Assembly: GCF_963921235.1 (NCBI RefSeq)
Contig: NC_086097.1
Coordinates: 198,774,001-198,838,000, forward strand
DNA length: 64,000 nucleotides
Direction of reading: 5' to 3'
DNA from: Mobula hypostoma
Taxonomy: Eukaryota
Shown: in pieces, positions 12,483 through 24,046 of the stretch
Layout: each line of letters starts with the position of its first letter
Position numbering within the stretch: the stretch's first letter is position 1
The notes under the pieces: generated by a model
Database searches by the model: none
The model's input: the letters and a program-made list of their open reading frames with translations, nothing else
Told to the model about the DNA's origin: nothing
Made by a program: the position numbers and the translations under genes

Positions 12483-12730
12483 GTCTAAGTTCTGCAGCCT
12501 CCCTACTTCCTCAACACTACCTACCCCTCCACCTATCTTTATATCATCCATAGAGTTGGCCACAAAGCTATTAATTCCGTCATCCAAATCACTGACGTAT
12601 AACATAAAAAGAAGTGGTCCCAACACAGATCCCTGTGGAACACCATTCGTCACTGGTAGCCAATCAGAAAAATCCCCCTTTATTCCCACTCTTTGCCACC
12701 TACCAATCAGTCAGTGTTCTATTTATGCCA

Positions 12731-12899
12731 ACAACAGGAATTCTGCAGATGCTGGAAATTCAAGCAACACACATAAAAGTTGCTGGTGAACGCAGCAGAG
12801 TCCTGACGAAGGGTCTCGGCCTGAAACGTCGACTGTACCTCTTCCTAGAGATGCTGCCTGGCCTGCTGCGTTCACCAGCAACTTTTATGTGTGTTGCTT
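12731..12899. mobile_element. Penelope-like terminal fragment in inverted arrangement
   Basis: Perfect 37-bp inverted repeat (12762-12798 / 12863-12899); flanked by CTATTTATGCCA / CTATCTATGCCA. Confidence 0.8.
12799..12834 (+). ncRNA. Minimal type I hammerhead ribozyme motif
   Basis: AGTC-CTGACGA-AGGGTCTCGGCCT-GAAA-C-GTC-GACT; stem I AGTC/GACT; GUC cleavage triplet at 12828-12830. Confidence 0.72.
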
Positions 12900-14515
12900 C
12901 TATCTATGCCAGTATCTTTCCTTTAATACCATGGGATCTTATCTTGTTAAGCCTCAAATGTGGCATCTTCTCAAAGACCTTCTAAAAATCCAAGTATACT
13001 TTGTCAAAGAATTGTTCTGCTTTGTCAAAGAATTTCAATAGATTTGTCACGCAAGGTTCTTTCTTAAGGAAAACTGTGCTGAGTTTGGCCTATTTTATCA
13101 AGTGTCTCCAAGTTCTCAAAACCACATCTTTAACAATCAACTCCAACATCTTCCCAACCATTGCGGTCAGGCTAAGAGGCCTATAACTTCCTTTCATAGA
13201 ATCATAGAAAATCTACGGCACAATACAGTCCCCTCAGCCTACGAAGTTGTGCCGACCATGTCCCTACCTTTGAAATTACTAGGCTTACCAAAACCCCTCT
13301 ATTTTTCTGAGCTCCATGTACCTATCCAAAAGTCTCTTAAAAGACCCTATCGTATCCGCCTCCACCACAGTTGCCAGCAGCCTATTCCACGCACTTTCTT
13401 TTGTCTCCTTCCATTCTTGAAGAGTGGAGTGGCATTTCTAATTTTCCCGTCCTCTGGAACCATGTCGGAATCTATTGATCCTTGAAGGATCATTACTAAT
13501 ACCTCCACAATCTCTTCAGCTACCTATTTTAGAACCCTGGGGTGTAGTCCACCTGGTACAGATGACACCTACCTTCAGACCTTTCAGTCCAAGTGCCTTC
13601 TCCCTAGTAATAGCAGGTCACTCACTTCTGCCCCTGACACTCTCGAACTATTATTGCTAGTGTCTTCCTCAGTGAAGACTGATGTAAAATACTTAATCAG
13701 TTCATCTGCCATTTCCTTGTTCCCAATTACTATCACTCCAGCAGTCCAAAATGTACTCTCGCCTCTCCTTTACTCTTTATATATCTGAAAAAATCTGGTA
13801 TTCTCTTTGATATTGGCTATTATACCTTCATATTTAGTTTTTCCCCCCTTATGATATTTTTGGTTGTCTTCTGTTGGCTTTTAAATGTCTCTCAACCCTC
13901 TTACTTTCCACTAATTTTTGCTCTATTATATGCTCTCTCCTTTACTTTTATGTTTGCTTTGACTTCCCTTGTCAGGCATGGTTTACAAGGGAATAACACT
14001 TTCCTCGTTATCCTGCCTTTAGAATATTCCCTCTTCTTTGGGGTGTATCTATCCTTCGCCTTCTGAATTGCTCCCGAAAACTCCACCCATTGCTGCTCTG
14101 CCAGTGTCCCCTTCTAATCAACTTTGGACAGCTCTTCTCTCATACCTCTTTACTGCACTATAATACTGCTACATCTGACTTTAGGTTCTCCCTCTCAAGT
14201 TGTAGCGTGATAACCCTTCATTTTCCTATTCCCCAAGGAAACATATCCTAACCTGTTCAACTTCTCCCTATAACTCAATTTCTCAAGTCATAGCAATGTT
14301 CTTGTAAATCTTTCCAGCACTTTCTTCAGTTTAGTAATATATTTCAGATAGCAGGTTAATCAAATCTGAACACTATACACTAGTTGCTGTCACCCCACCA
14401 TTTCTACCAATGCACCATAACCTAATAACTTCTATATTCAATACACTTAATGTAAAAATACATTAGACATAATCTGTAATAAAATTCTCAACAATTTCTT
14501 CTGTTTCATTTGTAG

Positions 14516-14556
14516 ATATAGCAAAGAGAAATATGGATAGATGTGTTGGAGGCGTG
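14516..14556 (+). CDS. TATDN1: TATDN1 internal exon (DIAKRNMDRCVGGV)
   Basis: tgtag acceptor and gtaagt donor; 41 nt; matches human DIMKRNRDRCVGGV. Confidence 0.94.
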
Positions 14557-15163
14557 GTAAGTGCTTATATATTACCCTACCTATAATGGAGAATTAGCAC
14601 GATTTGTACCTGTAATCAAATCTCACATGATCTTTGTTACGCAAAATGGCCCATGAGATCCACACAGAATCTTACTGATTTAATAAGTAAGAGGGAATCT
14701 TCAATTCACTTAAACGAAATATACACATCAAAATGTAATGCTATGAAGTAAATTTTACATTGTCTTGTCATGTGAACTTCATCATGATCATTTGCCTCCT
14801 GGAACAAGCAACGCAATGAAAGTTAGATGAACTCTTAACAAGTCCACTCTGGCAGATCACCACCTGGCATATTCTCTGGAAAATGGAGCTCAGCACCATT
14901 GTCAATCCCTAATTTCACTTCACAGAACCAAGTGTGTTCATTCATAATTTAAGTGGGCTTTTGAGTCAATCGCATTGGTGCATTTGGCAAATTTCCTTCC
15001 CTGAAAGGTGTCTAACTTTGATAGAGCCTGATCCTGCTTTTTTCTGCTTATCCGAGTCCATAGTTTTTACTTGCAATTCATTTTAGTAAGTAGGGAACTG
15101 TGTGTTGTTAAATTAATAGAAACAGTACACGTAACTCCATGTATTTAATTTCTGTGTATTTCT

Positions 15164-17235
15164 TTTCTTTTTAAATCTTTTTATTGAATAAGTATACAAA
15201 AAGGTAAGCCATATAGGCACTAATACACTGTTAGAATATAATAAAATTACAGGAGATATTAATACAGAAAAAAAAGTGATACAAACAATGTAATTTAAAC
15301 ATAACATACTAAGGTAAAATAATAGTATAGTAATTTATATATATATATATAGAGAAATAGAGAAAAGGAAAAAAAAAACCCACCGTGCAACTAAACTAAA
15401 AGCAAAGCAAAGCAATGGGCCAACTTGGAACCAAGTAGAGTTAAAGAACTCAAAATCACGTCCTCAAACCCGACCTCCATTAAAAACAGTAAAAAAAAAC
15501 AAGAAGGGTATATAAATATGGAGCAAAAAAGAGAAGAAAAAAATTACATTAAATGAAAATATTGAATAAAAGATCTCCAGGTCTGTTCAAATTTAAGTGA
15601 GGAGTCATAAAGATTGCTTCTAATTTTCTCCAAATTCAAGCATAATATCGTCTGAGAAAACCAAAAAAGGGTGGTTGGAGCGTTAAGCTGTTTCCAGTGT
15701 TGTAAGATACATCTTTTCGCCATTAAAGTAAGAAATGCAATCATTCTACGGGCTGAAGGAGAAAGATTACTGGAAATTTTAGGTAGTCCAAAGATAGCAG
15801 TAATAGGATGAGGAGAGATATCTATATTCAATACCTTTGAGATAATATTAAAAATGTCTCTCCAAAAAGTTTCCAGAGTAGGACAAGACCAAAACATATG
15901 AGTTAAAGAGGCTATCTGCCCCGGACATCTATCACAAAAAGGATTAATATGAGAATAAAAGCGAGCTAATTTATCTTTGGACATATGTGCTCTATGAACA
16001 ACTTTAAATTGAATTAGGGAATGTTTAGCACAGATAGAGGAAGTATTGACTAATTGTAAAATCTGCCCCCAGTCATCCACGGAAATGATAGACCCCAATT
16101 CCTGTTTTCAATCTACCCTAATCTTATCAAATGGAGCTTTCCTAAGTTTCATAATAATATTATAAATCATAGCCGATGCACCTTTCTGACATGGATTAAG
16201 GTTAATTATAGTATCTAAAACATATGTAGGAGGAAGCATTGGAAAAGAAGAAAGTTTAGTACTTAGGAAATTTCTAACTTGTAGATATCTAAAAAAATGT
16301 ATTCTTGATAAATTATATTTATTAGATAATTGTTCAAAAGACATAAGGGAACCATCTAAAAATAAATCCAAAAACCGTGAAATACCCTTAGTCTTCCAAA
16401 TTTGAAAAGCATGATCCGTAAAAGAGGGAGGAAAAAATATGTTACCTAAAATAGGAATCGCTAGCCCAAATTGGTTAAGATCAAAAAATTTTCTGAATTG
16501 GAAGCAAATACGTAAGGTATATTTAACTATCGGGTTAGATACCTGTTTAAGGCGTTTCAAATCAAAAGGAAGAGAGGAACCTAAAATAGAGCCAAGTGTA
16601 TAGCCCTGAACAGATTGTAATTCCAATGCTACCCATTTAGGAATGGATAGTATATCCTGGTCAAGTAACCAAAATTTCATATGTCGAATATTGATTGCCC
16701 AATAATAGAATCTAAAGTTAGGTAAGGCTAAACCTCCATCTCTCTTAGCTTTCTGTAAATGTATTTTACCCAGTCTCGGGTTTTTATTTTGCCAAATAAA
16801 TGAAGAAATTTTTGAGTCAACGTTATCAAAAAGATTTTGGAACAAAAATCGGTAATGCCTGAAATATATATAAAAATTTTGGCAGAAAAAACATCTTAAC
16901 TGCATTAATACGACCAATCAAAGTTACATATAAAGGAAACCATTCAGATGAAAGTTGAATAATATGGTCAATTAAGGGTAAAAAGTTAATCTTAAATAAA
17001 TCTTTGTGTTTACAAGTAATTTTAATCCCAAGATATGAAAAATAATTATTAATCAATTTAAATGGAAAGTTATGATATAAGGGAAGTTGTTTATTAATCA
17101 GGAAAAGTTCACTCTTACTAAGATTTAACTTATAACCTGAAAAGAGACTAAATTGTGCTAATAACTCTAAAACAGCAGGGAGGGATTTTTGAGGATTAGA
17201 AATATATAAAAGTAAGTCATCAGCATAGAGTGATA
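15164..17235 (-). mobile_element. 5'-truncated L1-clade LINE (ORF2 from YADD to the CCHC finger, 3' UTR, A-rich tail)
   Basis: ISLYADDLLLYI, GGLALPNFRFYYWA, CDRC..LTHMFWSC; perfect 18-bp TSD TAATTTCTGTGTATTTCT at 15146-15163 and 17236-17253. Confidence 0.93.
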
Positions 17236-17259
17236 TAATTTCTGTGTATTTCTGTATTA

Positions 17260-18830
17260 GAATCATAGAAACATAAGACATAGGAGTGAATTAGGTCATT
17301 CAGCCCATTGAGTCTGCTCCACCACTCCATCATGGCTGATCCTGGATCCCACTCCCCCTCCTTCTCACCATATCCTTTGATGCTCTGACTGATCAGGAAA
17401 CAATCAAGTTCCGCCTTAAATATACACACGAACTTGGCCTCCACCGCAGTCTGTGGCAGAGCATTCTACAGATTTACTACTCTCTGGCTAAAAAAATTCT
17501 TCCTTAACTCTGTCCTAAAGGGTCGCCCCTCAATTTTGAGGCTGTGCCCTCTAGTTCTGGTTACTCCTACAATAGTAAACATCCTCTCCACATCCACCCT
17601 TTCCAGTCCTTTCAACATTCATGAGGTTTCAATGAGATTCCCCCGCATTCTTCTAAATTCCAGTGAGTACGGGCCCAAAGTTGCCAAACGCTCCTCATAC
17701 GCTAACCCCTTCATTACCAGGATCATCCTTGTGAACCTCCTCTGGATTCTCTCCAATGACAACACATCCTTTCTGAGATAAGGGGCCAAAAACTCTTGAC
17801 AATGCTCCAAGTGCACTCTGACTAGTGTCTAATAAATCTTCAGCATTGTAAGATCTTAAGACATAGGAGCTGAATTAGGCCATTTGGCCCATTGAGTCTT
17901 AACCCCATTCAATTCTGGATTATCCTTTTCTCCCCCTTGTTTTTATATCCTTCCCCTTGAAATAAATGCCAACGTTGCATTTGCCTTCTTTACCACAGAC
18001 TCAACCTGTAAATTAACTTCCTGGGAGTCTTGCACAAAGACTCCTAAGTCCCTCTGCATCTCTGAAGTTTGAACCTTCTCCCCTTGTAGATAATAGTATG
18101 CACTATTGTTCCTTTTACCAAAATGCATTATTATATATTTCCCAACACTGTATACCATCTGCTACTATTTTGCCCACTCTTCCAATTTGTCTAAGTCCCG
18201 CTATTGCTACCTCAGCACTATCTGTCCCTCCACCTATCTTTGCATCATCCGCATACTTTGCCACAAAGCCATCAATTTCATTATCTAAGTAACTGACAAA
18301 CAATGTGAAAAGCAGCGGTCCCAATACTGACCCCTGAGGAACACCACCAGTCACTGGCAGCCGAACAGAAAAGGCTGCCTTTACTCTCACTCTCTGCCTC
18401 CGCTGTCCGTGCCTGTATCTGTTGAAATACCTTTTAAACATTATGATTATATCTGCCTCCACCATCTCCTTTGGCGGTTTGCTCCAAATATTTACCATCC
18501 CATATGGAAGTAGACCCCTCATTTCTTTTTTTTAATTTTGCCTCTCACCTTAAACCTGTGCCCTTCAACTTTAGACTCTCCAGCTGTGGGAAAAAAATTT
18601 TGACTACCCCATATGATTATTATAAACCTCTGTACTGTCAGCCCTGAGCTTCCTCTGTTCCATCGAGAATAAGCCCAGATAATCCAATCTCTTCTTATAA
18701 CCATCGTCCTCTATTTCAGGCAATATCGTGGTGGATCGCTTCTCCACTCTTTGCTATCACATCATCCTTGTAGTCTTGCAGCATGGCAGGCAGAACTGTA
18801 CACAATATATCAAGTGCAGTCTGTCAACGG
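17260..18830 (-). mobile_element. Cluster of degraded CR1 3' fragments
   Basis: [34 protein letters not shown] on the minus strand; several 3' UTR starts. Confidence 0.8.
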
Positions 18831-19177
18831 ATAGGAACCTATGGTATGCACAAAAATTGACATACACAAAAATTTGCTACCCTTCTACTCTTTAAACCCC
18901 ACCCATAATAAAAACAAACATAATGATCATCTTTACTACCAGATAAAGCAGCAAATTATTTTTTTTACAACCTGAGAGCAGTGAGATGTTTTCAGAGGAA
19001 ATGTCTCACACCAGCTAGATGGTTGTGAAAACACATGACGTTGGATGATACATTTTGAAATCCTCACAGATCAGGTGTACACATCAATATTGTGATAGTA
19101 AATGGTTGAACCAGTTGACATCGCTCTTGCTCTGCGTATATTTTTTCTTCTGTGGCTTGTGAGTGAATAATGGATAT

Positions 19178-22100
19178 ACATAGAACATAGAATAGTACAG
19201 CACAGTACAGGCCCTTCGGCCCACAATGTTGTGCCGACCCTCAAACCCTGCCTCCCATATAAGCCCCCACCTTAGATTCCTCCATATACCTGTCTAGTAG
19301 TCTCTTAAACTTCACTAGTGTATCTGCCTCCACCACTGACTCAGGCAGTGCATTCCACGCACCAACCACTCTCTGAGTAAAAAACCTTCCTCTAGTATCC
19401 CCCTTGAACTTCCCACCCCTTACCTTAAAGCCATGTCCTCTTGTATTGAGCAGTGGTGCCCTGGGGAAAAGGCGCTAGCTGTCCACTCTATCTATTCCTC
19501 TTATTATCTTGTACACCTCTATCATGTCTCCTCTCATCCTCCTCCTCTCCAAAGAGTAAAGCCCTAGCTCCCTTGATCTCTGCTCATAATGCATACTTTC
19601 TAAACCAGGCAGCATCCTGGTAAATCTCCTCTGTACCCTTTCCAATGCTTCCACATCCTTCCTATAGAGAGGTGACCAGAACTGGACACAGTACTCCAAG
19701 TGTGGCCTAACCAGAGTTTTATAGAGCTGCATCATTACATCGTGACTCTTAAACTCTATCCCTCGACTTATGAAAGCTAACACCCCATAAGCTTTCTTAA
19801 CTACCCTATCCACCTGTGAGGCAACTTTCAGGGATTTGTGGACATGTACCGCCAGATCCCTCTGCTCCTCCACACTACCAAGTATCCTGCCATTTACTTT
19901 GTACTCTGTCTTGGAGTTTGTCCTTCCAAAGTGTACCACCTCACACTTCTCCAGGTTGATCTCCATCTGCCACTTCTCAACCCACTTCTGCATCCTATCA
20001 ATGTCTCTCTGCAATCTTTGACAATCCTCTACACTATCTACAACACCACCAACCTTTGTGTCGTCTGCAAACTTGCCAACCCACCCTTCTACCCCCATAT
20101 CCAGGTCATTAATAAAAATCACGAAAAGTAGAGGTCCCAGAACAGATCCTTGTGGGACACCACTAGTCACAATCCTCCAATCTGACTGTACTCCCTCCAC
20201 CACCACCCTCTGCCTTCTGCAGACAAGCCAATTCTGAATCCACCTGGCCAAACTTCCCTGGATCCCATGCCTTCTAACTTTCTGAATAAGCCTACCGTGT
20301 GGAACCTTGTCAAATGCCTTACTAAAATCCATATAGATCACATCCACTGCACTACCCTCATCTATATGCCTGGTCACCTCCTCAAAGAACTCTTATCAGG
20401 CTTGTTAGACACGATCTGCCCTTCACAAAGCCATGCTGACTGTCCCTGATCAGACCATGATTCTCTAAATGCCTATAGATCCTATCTCTAAGAATCTTTT
20501 CCAACAGCTTTCCCACCACAGACGTAAGGCTCACTGGTCTATAATTACCTGGACTATCCCTACTACCTTTTTTGAACAAGGGAACAACATTCGCCTCTCT
20601 CCAATCCTCCGGTACCATTCCCGTGGACAACGCGGACATAAAGATTCTAGCCAGAGGCTCAGCAATCTCTTCTCTCGCCTCGTGGAGCAGCCTGGGGAAT
20701 ATTCCGTCAGGACCTGGGGACTTATCTGTCCTAATGTATTTTAACAACTCCAAAACCTCGTCTCCCTTAATATCAACATGCTCCAGAACATCAACCTCAC
20801 TCATATTGTCCTCAGCGTCATCAAGTTCCCTCTCATTGGTGAATACTGAAGAGAAGTATTCATTGAGGACCTCGCTCACTTCCACAGCCTCCAGGCACAT
20901 CTTCCCAGCTTTATCTCTAATCGGTCCTACCTTCACTCTTGTCATCCTTTTTTTCTTCACATAATTGAAGAATGCCTTGGGGTTTTCCTTTACCCTACTC
21001 ACCAAGGCCTTCTCATGCCCCCTTCTTGCTCTTCTCGGTCCCGTCTTAAGCTCCTTTCTTGCTTCCCTATATTCCTCAATAGACCCATCTAATCCTTGCT
21101 TCTTAAACCTCATGTATGCTGCCTTCTTCCACCTGACTAGATTTTCCACCTCACTTGTCACCCATGGTTCCTTCACCCTACCATGTTTTATCTTCCTCAC
21201 CGGACAAATTAATCCCTAACATCCTGCAAGAGATCCCTAAACATCGACCACATGTCCATAGTACATTTCCCTGCAAAAACATCATCCCAATTCACACCAA
21301 GTTCTAGCCTTATAGCCTCATAATTTGCCTTTCCCCAATTAAAAATGTTCTTGTCCTCTCTGATTCTATCCTTTTCCATGATAATTATAAAGGCCAGGGA
21401 GCGGTGGTCACTGTCCCCCAGATGCTCACCCACTGAGAGATCTGTGACCTGACCCGGTTCATTACCTAGTACTAGATCTAGTATGGCATTTCCCCTGGTC
21501 GGCCTGTCCACATACTGTGACAGGAATCCATCCTGGACACACTTAACAAATTCTGCCCCATCTAAACCCTTGGAACTAATCAGGTGCCAATCAATATTAG
21601 GGAAGTTAAAGTCACCCATGATAACAACCCTGTTATTTTTGCATCTTTCCAAAATCTGCCTCCCAATCTGCTCCTCTGTATCTCTGCTGCTACCAGGGGG
21701 CCTATAGAATACCCCCAGTAGAGTAACTGCTCCCTTCCTGTTCCTGACTTCCACCCATATTGACTCAAAAGAGGATCCTGCTACATTACCCACCTTTTCT
21801 GTAGCTGTAATAGTATCCCTGACCAGTAATGCCACCCCTCCTCCCCTTTTTCCGCCCTCTCTATCCCTTTTAAAGCACTGAAATCCAGGAATATTGAGAA
21901 TCCATTCCTGCCCTGGTGCCAGCCAAGTCTCTGTAATGGCCACTACATCATAATTCCATGTATGTATCCAAGCTCTCAGTTCATCACCTTTGTTCCTGAT
22001 GCTTCTTGCATTGAGGTACACACATTTCAGCCCTTTTACCTTACTGTCTTTACACCATTTATTCTGCTTCTCTTTCCTCAGAGCCTCTCTGTATGTTAGA

Positions 22101-22943
22101 TCTGGCTTTACTCCATGCACTTCTTTCACTGCTCTATCGCTCTGGGTCCCATCCCCCTCGCAAATTAGTTTAAACCCTCTTGAACCATGCTAGCAAACCT
22201 ACCTGCAAGGATATTGCTCTCCCTCGAGTTCAGGTGCAACCCATCCAATCTGTAGAGGTCCCACCTTCCCCAGTAGAGATCCCAATGATCTAAAAATCTA
22301 AAACCCTGCTCCCTGCACCAACTCCTCAGCCACGCATTCAACTGCCATCTCCTCCAATTCTTACCATCTCTGTCACGTAGCACTGGCAGCAATCCTGAGA
22401 ACGTCACCCTTGAGGTCCTGTTCTTCAGCCTTCTGCCTACTTCCCGAAACTCACACTTCAGGACCTCATCCCTCTTCCTGCCTGTGCCGTTGGTCCCAAC
22501 ATGTATCACGACTTCTGGTTGCTTTCCCTCTCGTACCAGGATGTCGTGCACCTGGTCAGAGACATCCCGGACCCTGGCACCCGGGAGGCAACAAACCATG
22601 CAGGTGTCCTTCTCACGTCCACAAAAGCTCCTGTCTGCCCCCCTGACTATAGCGTCTCCAATGACGACAGCTCTCCTCTTCTCCGTCCCACCCTTCTGCA
22701 CCACAGGGTCAGACTCAGTGCCGGAGGCCCTGCCACCGTGGCTCACATCTGGTTGGTCGTCCCCACCAACAGTATCCAGGATGGTAAACATTATTCAGGG
22801 GAATGGCTACAGGGGTGCTCTGCACTACCTGTCTGCTCACCTTCGCTTTCCCCCCTCTGACTGTCACCCAGCGACCTGCTTCCAACAGCCTAGGTGTGAC
22901 TACCTCCCTGTAGCTCTCATCTATGACTGCCTCATTCTCCCTT
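19178..22943 (-). mobile_element. Young near-full-length CR1 LINE: ORF1 SGNH esterase (22165-22791) and ORF2 APE-RT broken by a few lesions
   Basis: ORF1 VVIGDAIVRG...HVGTN...DGLHLN; ORF2 segments of 306, 272 and 300 aa with NARS, GDFN and FADD. Confidence 0.95.
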
Positions 22944-23437
22944 CAGTGATGATAATGGCAAATATTGTGTGCACTTTAGCACCTCCATGAATATTTTTTC
23001 ACAATAAACATTTATATTAGAAAAACTATGTTTTAAGATCATCGGTGAGATATTTTTAAGTTATGTTTACCTTTTCCATTCTATCTTGTTCACAACACTA
23101 TATTCTGAGGTACAATAACAATTTAGAAATGATGTTATTTTTCTATTGCCTCTTTTAAAGATTAATAACAACCTTTGAACGGGTTTTCTAAAATGCTTCA
23201 TTTATTTCAATCTGTCTCTTATACTTTTACTGATTTAATATTCCTATAATTCAGAGTAAAGCAATGAGTAGTAAAGCAATGAATAAGCAACAGGACTCAA
23301 CCTTTTTTTCCTTTTAAAATGTCTATGATTATTGTTACTAACTCATTCATCAATAATAATCTCTCCATTGCGCACAAGATTTTTTTTTGATTATTGCCTA
23401 TTTGGGCACATGTTCCTAAAAAGGTTTGCCATTCCTG
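22944..23437. mobile_element. Possible hAT MITE
   Basis: Starts CAGTGATGATAATGGCAAA and ends AGGTTTGCCATTCCTG followed by GTCTAACC; resembles CAGTGATGGCRAACC TIRs; left TSD not seen. Confidence 0.45.
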
Positions 23438-23969
23438 GTCTAACCAGTGTTTTGTACACTGTAAAATAGTATCCAACTCTAATGCCCAATTCCCTTGCTT
23501 ATAAAGACCTTGAAATCTCTAAAGAAGAAAATTCCTTTCTCGTCATCCTAATGACCTGCTTCCTCTACTGAGGAGCTATAGGTATGCAGCCCAAGATTTT
23601 TGATCATCATTCCTCCTAAAATCCCTGTCATTTATTCTATGCCAAAATTCGACTTCCCAAAATGTTAATCTTTTATTGTCTTTTCTTTCTTCTAATCTCA
23701 CTGTCCGTAATTTCTGCCTTGCTTTCTCATTTTAAACATTCTTGGAGGTCTTATTGATAACCTGTGCAAACTAATCAAAGCTTGATTTTTGCTTCTGGTA
23801 ATGCGATCTTGGTGTGCTACCTGTATCTATAAGGGCGGATTCAGACTAACACACTCACACTTGTGCATGCTCTCTATCCTACTTGAAAATAATTACCACT
23901 TGATAAAGCCTGGAAATAGAGGTTAGTGTATTTTAGAAGTGACTTATTAATTTCACTTAATTATTTTAG

Positions 23970-24046
23970 GTGCATTCTTTTGATGGCACAAAAGAAGAAG
24001 CTGCTGCTTTTCTAGAAATGGGCCTCTATATTGGAATAAATGGCTG
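23970..24046 (+). CDS. TATDN1: TATDN1 internal exon (VHSFDGTKEEAAAFLEMGLYIGING)
   Basis: ttttag acceptor and gtaaat donor; 77 nt; VHSF His motif. Confidence 0.96.

Larger units (their letters stand above)
11251..14210 (-). mobile_element. Degraded CR1 LINE hosting several younger insertions
   Basis: [15 protein letters not shown]1 3' UTR and ORF2 fragments on the minus strand. Confidence 0.85.

Noticed and set aside
20469..21219. Plus-strand ORFs repeated in several places
   Set aside because: Antisense shadows of CR1 ORF2
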